DNA of 64,000 nucleotides from Aeromicrobium sp. (GCA_025965175.1 JAOPXL010000229.1:10-64009), one strand, 5' to 3'; counted from the first letter of the stretch, positions 10,583 to 21,766 are shown. Numbers and translations are program-made. The notes: generated by a model from the sequence alone, not told the origin.

Positions 10583-11428
10583 GTGAACGACCTGAGCATG
10601 GGAATCCCAGAGACGGGCGAGATCCATCCGGGGGCGCACTTCTGCGCGCTCTACTCTGGACCGGTCGAGCGAGACCGGCTGCTGGTGCCGTACATGCAGG
10701 AGGGACTGCGCCACGGTGACCAGTGTGTCTGCCTCATCGACCACCTCGAGCCGGCGGGCATGCAACAGCGGACGTGCCGACCGGGGGGTCCCGGCGACGC
10801 GCGCCGATCCGGGCACGTCGGCGTGCACCCGGCCTCCGACGTCCACCTCGAGCAGATGATCTCGTCCCTGGCCGCCAATCCGACGTCGTCCACCGACGAC
10901 GAGATCCCTCTGCTGCGCGTCGCCGGGGAGATGTCCTGGGTGACGCATGAGCCTGGCGCGAAGGAAATGTCCGTCTTCGAGTCCGCCGTCACCCAGCTCC
11001 TCGCCGAGCGGCCCGCCGTGTTCCTCTGCATGTACGACCTGCAGCGTTTCGGGGTGGACATGCTCGTCAACGTTCTGAGGATCCACCCCAAGGTCCTGCT
11101 CGAGGGGACCGTGCTCGACAACCCTCATTGCCTGACGCCGTGCGACTATCCGAAGCCCATTCCCGACGCCGTCCCGCGTTACCCCCTGGCTCGGCTTCGC
11201 AGCGGCCGCTTGGACGGGGGGGACCAGTGGCTGTCCCTCACCGGGGCCGAGGTCCGGGTCGCCGAGCTCGTGGCGAGCGGCATGACGAACCGCGCGACGG
11301 CCGGGGAGCTGATCGTGTCGCCCCACACCGTGGACGCCCACCTCAAGCACATCTACACCAAGCTCGACATCCACTCCCGCGTCGAGCTCACGGTCCTCGC
11401 GCTCCAGCACGGCACGCCGATCGCCTGA
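10583..11428 (+). CDS. MEDS sensory domain + LuxR-type HTH regulator
   Basis: N-terminal GAHFCALY...[11 protein letters not shown]...GEMSW...LCMYDL...HPKV (MEDS-like); C-terminal [19 protein letters not shown]...[21 protein letters not shown] (LuxR HTH); start could be ATG 10598. Confidence 0.82.
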   Translation: MNDLSMGIPETGEIHPGAHFCALYSGPVERDRLLVPYMQEGLRHGDQCVCLIDHLEPAGMQQRTCRPGGPGDARRSGHVGVHPASDVHLEQMISSLAANPTSSTDDEIPLLRVAGEMSWVTHEPGAKEMSVFESAVTQLLAERPAVFLCMYDLQRFGVDMLVNVLRIHPKVLLEGTVLDNPHCLTPCDYPKPIPDAVPRYPLARLRSGRLDGGDQWLSLTGAEVRVAELVASGMTNRATAGELIVSPHTVDAHLKHIYTKLDIHSRVELTVLALQHGTPIA

Positions 11429-11519
11429 CGCCACCAGGTGTACCTGTTCACGGGATGCCCCGTGCCCGGCCACGGCGAAAGCATGGCTGGTACCGGAGAT
11501 CCAGCGAACGGAGCGTGTC

Positions 11520-13418
11520 ATGGGTAGAGCGGTAGGCATCGACCTGGGAACGACCAACTCGGTCATCGCGGCGATGGAAGGTGGCCAGCCTCAGGTCATC
11601 CCCAATGCCGAAGGAAACCGGACCACCCCCTCCGTCGTAGCGTTCCTCGAGAACGGTGAACGACTTGTGGGCCAGATGGCTCGGCGGCAGGGGATCCTCA
11701 ACCCCAAGGGCACGATCTACTCGGCCAAGCGCTTCGTCGGCCGGAAGTACGACGAGGTGGACAGCGAGATCGACGCGGTCTCCTACGACGTCGTGGCCGG
11801 ACCCGATGGAGCAGTCCGACTGTCGGTCAACGGCAAGCTCTACGCGCCGGAGGAGATCTCCGCCCAGATTCTGCGCAAGCTGGCAGACGACGCCGGCAAG
11901 TCGCTCGGTGAGCGGGTCACGGAGGCGGTCATCACCGTGCCCGCGCACTTCAACGACGCCCAGCGGCAGGCCACCAAGGATGCGGGCAAGATCGCCGGTC
12001 TCGAGGTGCTTCGAATCATCAACGAGCCCACTGCTGCTGCCCTGGCGTACGGGATGGACGCGAAGGAGAACGAGACCATTCTCGTGTTCGACCTCGGTGG
12101 TGGAACCTTCGATGTCAGCATCCTGACCGTCGGTGAGGGCGTCGTCGAGGTGCGGTCCACCGCCGGTGACACCCACCTTGGTGGGGACGACTTCGACCGA
12201 CGCATCGTGGACTACTTGGCCGACGAGTTCAAGAAGGAGAACGGCATCGACCTGCGGCAGGACCCGCAAGCCCTGCAGCGCCTCTTCGAGGCGGCCGAGA
12301 AGGCCAAGGTCGATCTGTCGTCCGTCACCCAGACGGCGGTCAACCTGCCGTTCGTGACCGCGGACGCCTCCGGCCCCAAGCACCTCAACGTCAACCTGAT
12401 GCGCTCCACGTTCGAGCAGCTCACCGCGGACCTGGTCGAACGCTGCATGGGTCCGGTCAAGCAGGCCATGGGGGACGCGAAGGCCACCGCGGACGACATC
12501 GACGAGGTCATCCTCGTCGGCGGTTCCTCCCGCATCCCCGCGGTGCAGAACCTGGTTCGCCGGACTACCGGTGGCAAGGAACCCAACATGACCGTCAACC
12601 CGGACGAGGTCGTCGCGCTGGGCGCGGCGGTCCAGGCGGCGATCATCAAGGGCGACGTGAAGGACGTCCTGCTCCTGGACGTCACACCGCTCTCGCTGGG
12701 GCTGGAGACGCAGGGCGGGGTGATGACCAAGGTCATCGAGCGCAACACCACGATCCCGGCGCGCCGCACCGAGGTCTTCAGCACCGCCGAGGACAACCAA
12801 GGAGCGGTGGACGTGGTGGTCCTCCAGGGCGAGCGGGAGCGGGCCAGCGACAACCGGGTTCTCGCGCGGTTCCGGCTGGAGAACATCCGGCCTGCGCCCC
12901 GAGGAGAGCCGCAGATCGAGGTCACCTTCGACATCGACGCCAACGGCATCCTGCACGTCTCCGCGAAGGACAAGGACACCGGTGCCGAGCAGCAGGTCAC
13001 CATCAGCGAGACCTCGACCCTGACGCAGGACGAGGTCGACCGCATGGTGTCGGACGCGGAGGCACACCGCAGCGAGGACGCCCAGGTCCGTGAGCTCGTC
13101 GACGCCCGCAACGAGCTCGACTCCGTGACCTACCAGGTGCAGCGCCAGCTCGAGCAGGCCGGGGACGCGGTGCCGGAACACGACCGTGCCCGGGCGGAGA
13201 TGTTGGTCAACGACGCGCGCACGGCGCTCGACGAACAGGCACCGATCGACCGTCTGCGGTCCCTCACCGGGGAGCTGCACCAGATGGCCCAAGCCCTGAG
13301 CACGTCCGCCCAGGGCCAGGCCGGCCCCGGCTCCACAGGTGAGTCGGCCGGCTCCGGCCAGGCTGGACCGGGCGACGACTCCGACGACGTGATCGACGCG
13401 GAGTTCACGGCGCACTGA
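11520..13418 (+). CDS. dnaK: Hsp70 chaperone DnaK (accessory copy)
   Basis: [46 protein letters not shown], acidic tail DDVIDAEF. Confidence 0.97.
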   Translation: MGRAVGIDLGTTNSVIAAMEGGQPQVIPNAEGNRTTPSVVAFLENGERLVGQMARRQGILNPKGTIYSAKRFVGRKYDEVDSEIDAVSYDVVAGPDGAVRLSVNGKLYAPEEISAQILRKLADDAGKSLGERVTEAVITVPAHFNDAQRQATKDAGKIAGLEVLRIINEPTAAALAYGMDAKENETILVFDLGGGTFDVSILTVGEGVVEVRSTAGDTHLGGDDFDRRIVDYLADEFKKENGIDLRQDPQALQRLFEAAEKAKVDLSSVTQTAVNLPFVTADASGPKHLNVNLMRSTFEQLTADLVERCMGPVKQAMGDAKATADDIDEVILVGGSSRIPAVQNLVRRTTGGKEPNMTVNPDEVVALGAAVQAAIIKGDVKDVLLLDVTPLSLGLETQGGVMTKVIERNTTIPARRTEVFSTAEDNQGAVDVVVLQGERERASDNRVLARFRLENIRPAPRGEPQIEVTFDIDANGILHVSAKDKDTGAEQQVTISETSTLTQDEVDRMVSDAEAHRSEDAQVRELVDARNELDSVTYQVQRQLEQAGDAVPEHDRARAEMLVNDARTALDEQAPIDRLRSLTGELHQMAQALSTSAQGQAGPGSTGESAGSGQAGPGDDSDDVIDAEFTAH

Positions 13419-13429
13419 GCGTCATCGTC

Positions 13430-13933
13430 ATGTCCGAACAAGAGAGCACAGAACCCGAGCACTCGGACGAGGGCATCGTGGAGAGCGCCGTCGACACCGA
13501 GAAGCAGATCGCCGAACTCGAGGACTCGTGGCGCCGCACCGCCGCGGAGCTGGAGAACTTCCGCAAGCGGTGTGCCAAGGACGTGGTCCGCGCCCGCGAG
13601 CAGGAGCGGGCGTCGGTGGCGGCCCGGTGGTTGCCGGTCCTCGACAACCTCGAGCGCGCCCTCGAGCACGCCTCCTCGAACCCGGACCAGGTCCTCGAGG
13701 GGGTGCGCGCGGTCCACCAGCAGGCGCTCACGGTCCTCGCCGACCTGGGCTACCCCCGGCGCGACGACGAGACCGGCAAGACCTTCGACCCCGCCCACCA
13801 CGAAGCCGTCAGCACCATCACCGCTGAGGGCCTCGTTCCCGGCACGGTCGCGCACGTCGTCCGGCCCGGCTACGGGCCGGACGGCGAGATCCTCCGGCCG
13901 GCGTCTGTCGTAGTGGCGACCAGGAGCGAATGA
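13430..13933 (+). CDS. grpE: Nucleotide exchange factor GrpE
   Basis: [38 protein letters not shown]. Confidence 0.95.
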   Translation: MSEQESTEPEHSDEGIVESAVDTEKQIAELEDSWRRTAAELENFRKRCAKDVVRAREQERASVAARWLPVLDNLERALEHASSNPDQVLEGVRAVHQQALTVLADLGYPRRDDETGKTFDPAHHEAVSTITAEGLVPGTVAHVVRPGYGPDGEILRPASVVVATRSE

Positions 13934-14898
13934 TGGCCCGGGACTTCTACGAGGTTCTGGGAGTCTCCCGCGGCGCCGACCAGTCGGAGATCCAGCGGGC
14001 CTACCGCAAGCTGGCCCGCACGCTCCACCCCGACGTCAACAAGGATCCCGGCGCGGAGGAGAAGTTCAAGGAGCTCTCCGAGGCCTACGACGTGCTCTCC
14101 GACCCCGATCAGCGCAAGCGGTACGACACGTTCGGGGAGGACTTTCGGCGCGTCGCTGCCGATGTGGACCCGGACGCCTACGGGCGCTCGCGTGCCTACG
14201 CGGGGGCCGCGGCCGGCGGCGGCCGGACGAGCGGGTGGGGCGGGGGCGGCCCCTCGGGCGGCTTCCGGTATTCCGGCTCCGGCGACGACGTGGACCTGGA
14301 GGACCTGCTCGGCGGCATGTTCGGCGGCCGCGGCCGCGGTGGGGGTGGATGGGGACCGGTCTCCGGCTCCGACCAGGAGACCGAGGTGGAGGTGACCATC
14401 GAGGAGGCGTACCACGGCACCCAACGAACCCTGTCGATCAGCGGTCCCGACGGTCTGCGCACCATCGACGTGAATCTTCCCGCGGGCGTCGTCGACGGCC
14501 AGCGGATCCGGCTGCGCGGCCAGGGCGGTCAGGGATCCGGCGGCGGCGAGGCGGGCGACCTGTACCTCCTCGTCCGCATCGCGCCCCACCCTCGCTATCG
14601 GCTCGAGGGCCGGGATCTGCACATGCTGCTGCTCCTGGCCCCGTGGGAAGCCGCGCTCGGCGCGTCGGTGGACATCGAGACCCCCGGCGGCCCCGCCACC
14701 GTCAACGTCCCGGCGGGCACCTCCAGCCACCGCCGGCTGCGGCTGAAGGGCCGCGGGCTGCCCCGCAAGCGCGGCAAGCCGGGTGATCTGTATGCCGAGG
14801 CGCAGATCAAGGTGCCCACCTCGCCGTCGGCAGAGGAACGCGAGCTGTTCGAGCAGCTCGGCAAGGTCTCGACCTTCGACCCAAGGAGCTCACGATGA
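13930..14898 (+). CDS. DnaJ-class co-chaperone without zinc finger (CbpA type)
   Basis: J domain with HPD, Gly-rich linker, no CxxCxGxG repeats, C-terminal APWEAALG. Confidence 0.9.
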   Translation: MMARDFYEVLGVSRGADQSEIQRAYRKLARTLHPDVNKDPGAEEKFKELSEAYDVLSDPDQRKRYDTFGEDFRRVAADVDPDAYGRSRAYAGAAAGGGRTSGWGGGGPSGGFRYSGSGDDVDLEDLLGGMFGGRGRGGGGWGPVSGSDQETEVEVTIEEAYHGTQRTLSISGPDGLRTIDVNLPAGVVDGQRIRLRGQGGQGSGGGEAGDLYLLVRIAPHPRYRLEGRDLHMLLLLAPWEAALGASVDIETPGGPATVNVPAGTSSHRRLRLKGRGLPRKRGKPGDLYAEAQIKVPTSPSAEERELFEQLGKVSTFDPRSSR

Positions 14899-15236
14899 CC
14901 CAGACGACCTCAGGCATGCCGAACGGGACGAGATGGCCGCTGGCCCGCCCCTACCGGCTGAGCCTGGACAGCTACGCCCGGATCACCGGGGTTCACCCCG
15001 AATTGGTCCGCCGGATCGTCACGTTGGGGCTGCTCGACATCACCCGGGACGCCGAGGGCAACCTCTGGTTCGACCCGTCGCAGGTGCGGGAGATGGCCAC
15101 GGTCCAGCGGCTGCACCTGCGGCTCAACCTCACCTACTCATCGCTCGGCCTGGTGATGGACCTGCTCGACCAGATCTCCGACCTCGAGGGATCACAACGG
15201 CGCTCGCGCGCAGAGAGGGGAGTTCGATGGACCTGA
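14895..15236 (+). CDS. CbpM-like chaperone modulator (MerR-like HTH)
   Basis: [16 protein letters not shown]...[10 protein letters not shown]...LVMDLLDQI; coupled to the CbpA-type gene. Confidence 0.75.
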   Translation: MTQTTSGMPNGTRWPLARPYRLSLDSYARITGVHPELVRRIVTLGLLDITRDAEGNLWFDPSQVREMATVQRLHLRLNLTYSSLGLVMDLLDQISDLEGSQRRSRAERGVRWT

Positions 15237-17863
15237 ACCGACTTACGCAGAAGTCACAGGAATCGCTGCACGACGCCCAGACCAAGGCGCTCCGTTTCGG
15301 TCACCAGGAGGTGGACGGCGAGCACCTGCTGCTGGCGCTGTTGGATCAGGGAGAAGGGCTGGTTCTGCCGCTGCTGGCCCGGACGGGGGCGGACGTGGAC
15401 CGGCTCCGCGAAGACCTGGAGGCCGAGCTCGACAAGCGACCGCGCGTCACCGGATCCGGCACCGAGCCCGGCAAAGTGTACGTCACGCAGAGGCTGAACG
15501 GCGTCCTGGAGGCCGCCGAGAAGGAGGCCCGCAGGCTCAAGGACGAGTACATCTCCGTGGAGCACCTGGTGGTCGCGCTCCTCGACGAGGGATCCGGCTC
15601 GGCTGCCGGCCGGATCCTGGCGCAACACGGCGTGACGCGCGACTCGTTCCTGAAGACCCTGACCGCGGTGAGGGGATCCCAGCGGGTCACCTCCGCCACC
15701 CCCGAGGGCACCTACGAGGCGCTCGCCAAGTACGGGCGTGACCTCGTCGAGGACGCAGCAGCCGGACGACTGGAGCCGGTGATCGGCCGGGATTCGGAGA
15801 TCCGTCGCACCGTCCAGATCCTGTCCCGCAAGAGCAAGAACAACCCCGTGCTGATCGGTGAGCCCGGGGTCGGGAAGACCGCCATCGTGGAGGGTCTGGC
15901 GCAGCGGATCCACCACGGCGATGTGCCCGAGGGGCTGCGCGACAAGACCGTCTTCGCCCTGGACATGGGTTCCCTCGTCGCCGGTGCGAAGTACCGCGGC
16001 GAGTTCGAGGAACGGCTGAAGGCCGTGCTCAACGAGGTGCTGGCCGCCGAGGGCAAGATCTTGTTGTTCGTCGACGAGCTGCACACCGTGGTCGGGGCCG
16101 GCGCGTCCGAAGGCGCGATGGACGCAGGCCAGATGTTGAAGCCCATGCTGGCCCGCGGCGAGCTGCACATGATCGGGGCCACCACGCTCGACGAGTACCG
16201 CACCCACATCGAGAAGGACGCGGCACTCGAGCGCCGGTTCCAGCCGGTCCTGGTCGACGAGCCGAGCATCGAGGACGCCCTGTCGATCCTCCGGGGACTG
16301 CGCGAGCGCTTCGAGGTCTTCCACGGCGTCAAGATTCACGATGGTGCCCTGGTGACCGCGGTGACCCTGAGCCACCGCTACATCTCCGACCGGTTCCTGC
16401 CCGACAAGGCCATCGACCTGGTCGACGAGGCCTGTGCGATGCTGCGCACCGAGATCGACTCGCTGCCTGCGGAGCTCGACGAGCTCACCCGCCGGGTCAC
16501 CCGCCTGGAGATCGAGGACGCCGCCCTGGCCCAAGAGTCAGACCCGGCCAGCCAGCGTCGTCTCGAGGAGCTGCGCAAGGAGCTGGCAGACCTCAAGGCC
16601 GAGGCTGACGCCATGCGGGCCCAGTGGGAAGCAGAACGCCAGGCCCTCCGCGAGGTCCAGGCGTTGCGGGAGGAGATCGAGCAGGTTCGCCTGGAGGGGG
16701 AACGGGCCGAGCGGGAGTACGACTTGAACCGGGCCGCGAGCCTGCGCCACGGCAGGCTGCCCGAGCTCGAGCGACGGCTCCAGACGGCCGAGGAAAGACT
16801 CCGGGCCAAGCAGGCCGGGAGTCGCCTCCTCCGTGAGGTCGTCACCGCCGACGAGATCGCCGCAATCGTGGCCCGGTGGACGGGAATCCCGGTGAACCGT
16901 CTCCAGGAGGGGGAGCGGGAGAAGATCCTCCGTCTCGACGAGGTGCTGCACGAGCGGGTGATCGGCCAGGACGAGGCTGTGCAGCTGGTGGCCGATGCGG
17001 TCGTGCGCGCGCGCTCCGGCATCAAGGATCCGGCCCGCCCGATCGGCTCCTTCGTCTTCCTCGGCCCGACTGGCGTGGGCAAGACCGAGCTCGCCAAGGC
17101 ACTCGCGCAAGCACTCTTCGACAGCGAGGAGAACATCATCCGCATCGACATGAGCGAGTACCAGGAGCGGCACACCGTGAGCCGGCTCGTGGGGGCCCCA
17201 CCCGGATACGTCGGATTCGAGGAAGGTGGCCAGCTGACGGAGTCGGTTCGACGCAAGCACTACTCGGTGATCCTGCTCGACGAGATAGAGAAGGCACACG
17301 TCGACGTCTTCAACGTCCTGCTGCAGGTGCTCGACGACGGGCGCCTGACCGACTCCCACGGTCGCACGGTCGACTTCCGCAACACCGTCATCATCATGAC
17401 CTCCAACATCGGGTCGGAGTACCTGTTGGAGGGGGTCACGGCGGACGGCGAGGTGAAGTCGGAGGCTCGCGGCATGGTGATGAGCTCCCTGCGATCGCAC
17501 TTCCGGCCGGAGTTCCTGAACCGGATCGACGAGATCGTGCTGTTCAAGCCGCTGACGTTCACCGAGATCGAGCGCATCGTCGACCTCCAGCTCGACGAGC
17601 TGCGGGTGCGGCTGGCGGAGCAACGGATCATGCTCGACACGACCGAGCAGGCGCGGCGGTTCATGGCAGAGCAGGGCTTCGATCCCGCCTATGGTGCACG
17701 TCCCCTGCGGCGGTTCATCTCCCGTGAGGTGGAGACCCGCGTGGCCCGCGCGTTGCTGCGCGGTGACCTGCCCGAGGGGTCGACCATCGTGGTCGACGTC
17801 GCCGACGGGGAGCTCACCATCGTCCCGAGGCAACCCGACAACGAGCGGAAGGCAGTGGCATGA
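15227..17863 (+). CDS. clpB: AAA+ disaggregase ClpB
   Basis: Start [12 protein letters not shown] after GGGAG; [21 protein letters not shown], long coiled-coil M domain, [24 protein letters not shown]. Confidence 0.96.
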   Translation: MDLNRLTQKSQESLHDAQTKALRFGHQEVDGEHLLLALLDQGEGLVLPLLARTGADVDRLREDLEAELDKRPRVTGSGTEPGKVYVTQRLNGVLEAAEKEARRLKDEYISVEHLVVALLDEGSGSAAGRILAQHGVTRDSFLKTLTAVRGSQRVTSATPEGTYEALAKYGRDLVEDAAAGRLEPVIGRDSEIRRTVQILSRKSKNNPVLIGEPGVGKTAIVEGLAQRIHHGDVPEGLRDKTVFALDMGSLVAGAKYRGEFEERLKAVLNEVLAAEGKILLFVDELHTVVGAGASEGAMDAGQMLKPMLARGELHMIGATTLDEYRTHIEKDAALERRFQPVLVDEPSIEDALSILRGLRERFEVFHGVKIHDGALVTAVTLSHRYISDRFLPDKAIDLVDEACAMLRTEIDSLPAELDELTRRVTRLEIEDAALAQESDPASQRRLEELRKELADLKAEADAMRAQWEAERQALREVQALREEIEQVRLEGERAEREYDLNRAASLRHGRLPELERRLQTAEERLRAKQAGSRLLREVVTADEIAAIVARWTGIPVNRLQEGEREKILRLDEVLHERVIGQDEAVQLVADAVVRARSGIKDPARPIGSFVFLGPTGVGKTELAKALAQALFDSEENIIRIDMSEYQERHTVSRLVGAPPGYVGFEEGGQLTESVRRKHYSVILLDEIEKAHVDVFNVLLQVLDDGRLTDSHGRTVDFRNTVIIMTSNIGSEYLLEGVTADGEVKSEARGMVMSSLRSHFRPEFLNRIDEIVLFKPLTFTEIERIVDLQLDELRVRLAEQRIMLDTTEQARRFMAEQGFDPAYGARPLRRFISREVETRVARALLRGDLPEGSTIVVDVADGELTIVPRQPDNERKAVA

Positions 17864-18360
17864 GTATGACAATGAAGACCCCGTCCAAGGTCGTGGTGTG
17901 CCCGAACTGCAGCACGAAGAACCGAGTGCCCCCCGCCGCCGGCGGGGCGCCCCGCTGTGGAAACTGCCAGAACCTTCTTCCGTGGGTGGTCGACACGTCC
18001 GACGCGGACTTCACCTCCGTGGCGGACGATTCGACCATCCCGGTGCTCGTGGACGTGTGGGCGCCGTGGTGCGGCCCCTGCCGCACGGTCAGCCCGGCGC
18101 TGGAGCAGCTGGCAACGGAGCTAGCGGGGAAGCTGAAGCTGGTCAAGGTCAACGCGGACGAGGCCCCGGAGGTGAGCCGCCGCTTCGAGGTCCAGGCGAT
18201 CCCGACGCTGGTCCTCATGCACCTCGGCCAGGTGGTTGACAAGCAGATTGGCGCCGCGCCCGTGCCAGCTCTGCGGTCGTGGCTCACGGAGCATCTGCCC
18301 AAGGAAGAGGCAGAGCCCGCCCGCGAGAACGACTCGTCGACCGAGGACGACCGGCAATGA
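17860..18360 (+). CDS. trxC: Thioredoxin with N-terminal zinc ribbon (Trx2/TrxC type)
   Basis: CPNC...CGNC plus WCGPC active site. Confidence 0.88.
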   Translation: MSMTMKTPSKVVVCPNCSTKNRVPPAAGGAPRCGNCQNLLPWVVDTSDADFTSVADDSTIPVLVDVWAPWCGPCRTVSPALEQLATELAGKLKLVKVNADEAPEVSRRFEVQAIPTLVLMHLGQVVDKQIGAAPVPALRSWLTEHLPKEEAEPARENDSSTEDDRQ

Positions 18361-18635
18361 CCGCGGTCTCCGGTCGGGCGATCCCAGACCCGCACCTACC
18401 GATGGTCCGGCGGGTGGGGCCGCCCAGGACGCCGGGCTGCGAGGAGTGTCTGCGTCTGGGGACGCCCTGGGTGCACCTGCGGCAGTGCCTCACCTGCGGC
18501 GAGGCCCTCTGCTGCGACTCCTCCCCGATGCGCCACGCGCGCGCTCACGCGGCCGGGACGGGCCACGTCGTCGTGCGCTCGATCGAGCCGGGGGAGAGCT
18601 GGAGGTGGTGCTATGTCGACGAGCAGTTCGTCTGA
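18357..18635 (+). CDS. Stand-alone UBP-type zinc finger protein
   Basis: GCEECL...WVHLRQCLTCG...CCDSSP-RHARAH...H...SIEPGESWRWCYVDE; ATGA overlap with the trxC stop. Confidence 0.85.
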   Translation: MTAVSGRAIPDPHLPMVRRVGPPRTPGCEECLRLGTPWVHLRQCLTCGEALCCDSSPMRHARAHAAGTGHVVVRSIEPGESWRWCYVDEQFV

Positions 18636-20280
18636 GCTCGATGTCCCGGACCTTCCCGAGACCCCCGACGCCACCGGCGCCTATCCCCGGCTCACGGACG
18701 AACAGATCATGCTGCTCTCGCGGTACGGCGAGCCGAAGCGTCTGGTCAAGGGATCCCTGCTGTTCTGCGAGGGCGACCGCGACTGCGGCCTGTTCGTCGT
18801 GCTGGACGGCAGGGTCCGGGTTGTCCAGGAGGACAGCCCCGAGGGAGAGTCGCGAGTGATCGCGGTCCACGGGCCGGGTCGGTTCGTGGGCGATTTGTCG
18901 ATGCTGACCGGCCAGGCGGTCTACGTCACCGCCGTGGCCCAGACCGACGTCGAGGTCCTGGAGGTCTCCTTCGACCGGCTCAAGGAGGCTGTCATGCAGG
19001 AGCAGGCGCTCGGCGACCTGATCCTGCGGGCCTTCATCCTCCGACGCAACATCCACGCCGACCTCGGCGCCGGTCTCCGGATCATCGGGTCCCGCTACTC
19101 GGCCGACACGCGCCTGCTGAGGGACTTCGCGAGCCGCAACCGCATCCCGTATCGCTGGGAGGACGTGGAGGAGGATCCCGAGGCCGAGGCCACCCTGCGG
19201 GCGTTCGACATCCCACCCGACCAGACCCCAGTCGTGATCTGGAAGGGGCAGACGGTCCTGCGCAATCCCAGCACCGCGGAGCTGGCCGAGCTCCTCGGCC
19301 TGCGGGAGGGCGCGCCGGTGCGCGATGCCTACGACATGCTGGTGGTCGGCGCCGGCCCGGCCGGTCTCGCCGCTGCGGTGAGCGCGGCGTCCGAGGGGCT
19401 CTCCACGGTGGTGCTGGACGCGATCGCCACGGGAGGGCAGGCGGGGACGTCGTCCCAGATCGAGAACTACCTCGGCTTTCCGGCAGGTATCTCGGGCGCC
19501 GAGCTCGCCGACCGGGCGGTGGTCCAGGCGCGCAAGTTCGGCGCCACCTTCACGATCCCCGGCGAGGCCCGATCACTCGAGCGCGTCGACGGCCACCTTG
19601 TCCTGGAGCTGACCGACGGGACCCGGGTCGAGGCGCACACCGTGGTGCTCGCGACCGGCGTCCGCTACCGCCGCCTCGACGTCCCCGGCATGGACCGGCT
19701 GGAGGGGCCCAGCGTCTACTACGCCGCCACCGAGTTCGAGGCACGGCTTTGCCGCGGCGACCCGGTCATGGTCGTGGGTGGGGGGAACTCCGCTGGACAG
19801 GCGGCCCTGTTCCTGGCCCGGAACGCCAGTGGCGTCAACCTCGTGATCCGCCACGACGACCTGAACCGAGACATGTCCCGCTACCTGGCAGAACGGATCG
19901 TCTCGTCCGAACGGGTGCACGTCTGGCGCAACTCCGAGGTCCGCGAGCTGCTGGGCGACCTCAATCTCGAAGAGGTCGAGATTCACGATGTGACGACCGA
20001 CGAGCGCCGAAGGCTGAGTGCAACGGCTCTGTTCGTTCTGATCGGGTCCGACCCCCACACCCGGTGGCTCAAGGGCGCGATCGCGCTCGATGACAGGGGG
20101 TTCGTGCTGACCGGCGCTGGCTTGGAAGGTGCCGCCATGTTCGAGACCGCGAGCGCTGGCGTCTTCGCCGTCGGGGACGTGCGCAGCGGCTCGGTGAAGC
20201 GAGTGGCGTCCGCCGTCGGTGAGGGCGCGATCGCCGTGCGCCTGGTGTACGAGCACCTCGTCCGCGCTGGCCGAAGATGA
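18613..20280 (+). CDS. cNMP-binding domain fused to a thioredoxin-reductase-like FAD oxidoreductase
   Basis: N-terminal LFCEGD...FVVLDG...GRFVGDL; GAGPAGL, IENYLGFP, GGGNSAGQAA, FAVGDVRSGSVKRVASAVGEG. Confidence 0.88.
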   Translation: MSTSSSSELDVPDLPETPDATGAYPRLTDEQIMLLSRYGEPKRLVKGSLLFCEGDRDCGLFVVLDGRVRVVQEDSPEGESRVIAVHGPGRFVGDLSMLTGQAVYVTAVAQTDVEVLEVSFDRLKEAVMQEQALGDLILRAFILRRNIHADLGAGLRIIGSRYSADTRLLRDFASRNRIPYRWEDVEEDPEAEATLRAFDIPPDQTPVVIWKGQTVLRNPSTAELAELLGLREGAPVRDAYDMLVVGAGPAGLAAAVSAASEGLSTVVLDAIATGGQAGTSSQIENYLGFPAGISGAELADRAVVQARKFGATFTIPGEARSLERVDGHLVLELTDGTRVEAHTVVLATGVRYRRLDVPGMDRLEGPSVYYAATEFEARLCRGDPVMVVGGGNSAGQAALFLARNASGVNLVIRHDDLNRDMSRYLAERIVSSERVHVWRNSEVRELLGDLNLEEVEIHDVTTDERRRLSATALFVLIGSDPHTRWLKGAIALDDRGFVLTGAGLEGAAMFETASAGVFAVGDVRSGSVKRVASAVGEGAIAVRLVYEHLVRAGRR

Positions 20281-20692
20281 TGGCCACCGTCAGATCGGAC
20301 AGTGCCTCACCGAGGGCGTCGCGGTAGGCGGCGAAGCGGCCCATGTGCAAGATGCCGCGTGGGCGCGCCTCCCGCGCTCGGCGTAGCCGGACTCGGCGTT
20401 CTCGTGGGCATCCCACCCGACCAGGAAGTCGCGGGACCCGTCGCGACTACGGCGAACCGTCGCGAGACAGGGAACGCGAAGCCACCAGCGTCCCGACGGG
20501 ATCCTCGTGTCGATCCGACTATTCGCGACGCTGGTGTGTGGCCCGGGCAGCTGCCCCCGGAACAGGGCGGCGTTCGTCTGGGCCTCACCGATCAGAAGCG
20601 TGCTCGAGCGGGCGTCCCCGCCACAAGAGGCGGCCGCGACTGCGATGCCGTGGCCAAGCGCCGCGGGTCTGGCGGGACCTGACAAGTGCTGC

Positions 20693-21766
20693 TCACCCCT
20701 GCGGCGGGACCCCACCCCAATCCTGCCGGTACGTGTAAGCGGCGGCCCGAACCGCTTCGTCGCTCTCCAGACCCGCACCGAGAGCTCCGCCCAGCGTGGC
20801 GAGGGCGCTGGCAAGCCATACCAGCTTCATGTAGTCGCCGACTCGGACCGCATGCCCGATGTTTTCCTCGAACAGGTGTGCAGGTACCAGAACCGGTGAG
20901 GTCAGCAGTGCGAGCAGGAGGAGCGCGGCTTGGAGGGAGAGCACACCTAGTACGACCGTTCCCGTGGTAGCCAGGTTGAAGAGGGTTACCTGCTTTCGAC
21001 CGGCCGGATGCGACGCGTGTTCCCACAGGCCAGCTCCGACGATCAGCGCAGCGGTGATCGCTGCGACAGAGCCCACCCCGATCGCCGACAGTCTGATCCA
21101 GCCGAGCGCGTCGCCCAGCTGCCAGATGTCGGGGGTGACGAGCGCGAAGACTCCCGTTGCCAGAGCGGCGGTCAGCGCTCTAGAGAGTCCGATGGCAAGT
21201 TTCCACGGTTGGTTGGCCCGGATCATTCCAATCAGTAGTCGCAGGTTCCCGCTCAGGACCCGCGCGGTGAACATGACGCTGCCGTCCCCCTTCTGCTGCT
21301 GGCTCCTTCCGAGCTCGCGGGCACGGCGCCCGAGACCGGCAACAGAGCCCGACAGCGCATGGTCCTCCGTGTCCCCGAGCAATGTGCGCACGAGGCCAAC
21401 GACCGTGTCACGGGCGCGTCGACGCAGTCCGATGGCGCCGAGCGCCGGTAGACACACGAGAGCCACGCTGTGTAGAGGGCTCGCGTGGGCCACCACCGGG
21501 CGCCGGTGAGCCCTGAGCGGCAGATCGGTGAGGCAGACGACCAGATCCCAGTCCTCCTTCAGGAGGCGGTCCCTTGCCGCGGCGACGAGGGTGGCGTCGT
21601 CGGCAGGTGGATGCACGAGTATGTCGACCACCGTTGGCACCCGCCACTGGACGGTGGGCAAGTGCGAACTCAACTCTGCGCGCAGGTCGTCGGCGAGGTT
21701 CGACGCAATCTCGGTGGCCGTACCCGGAGCCGAGATGAGTCCGATCACTACCTCGCCCGCGCTCAC
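20693..21766 (-). CDS. Conserved hypothetical membrane protein
   Basis: WDLVVCLTDLP, GMIRANQPW, several C-terminal TM helices ending LGAGLESDEAVRAAAY; start set at GTG 21766 because the longer ORF extension looks non-coding. Confidence 0.65.
   Translation of the reverse strand: MSAGEVVIGLISAPGTATEIASNLADDLRAELSSHLPTVQWRVPTVVDILVHPPADDATLVAAARDRLLKEDWDLVVCLTDLPLRAHRRPVVAHASPLHSVALVCLPALGAIGLRRRARDTVVGLVRTLLGDTEDHALSGSVAGLGRRARELGRSQQQKGDGSVMFTARVLSGNLRLLIGMIRANQPWKLAIGLSRALTAALATGVFALVTPDIWQLGDALGWIRLSAIGVGSVAAITAALIVGAGLWEHASHPAGRKQVTLFNLATTGTVVLGVLSLQAALLLLALLTSPVLVPAHLFEENIGHAVRVGDYMKLVWLASALATLGGALGAGLESDEAVRAAAYTYRQDWGGVPPQG

Noticed and set aside
11448-13415. 655-aa antisense ORF to dnaK, and similar long antisense ORFs over katG, uvrA2, PLD and pca genes
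   Set aside because: Shadow ORFs expected from high-GC codon bias; they have no motifs.
14783-15226. 1026-aa ClpB ORF with a long N-terminal extension (ClpG/ClpK-like?)
   Set aside because: The extension is an off-frame read of dnaJ and cbpM; the start with an RBS is ATG 15227.
20290-20690. Possible decayed gene fragment (DFLVGWDAHENAESGY / GILHMGRF)
   Set aside because: Could not be assigned to any family from the sequence alone.
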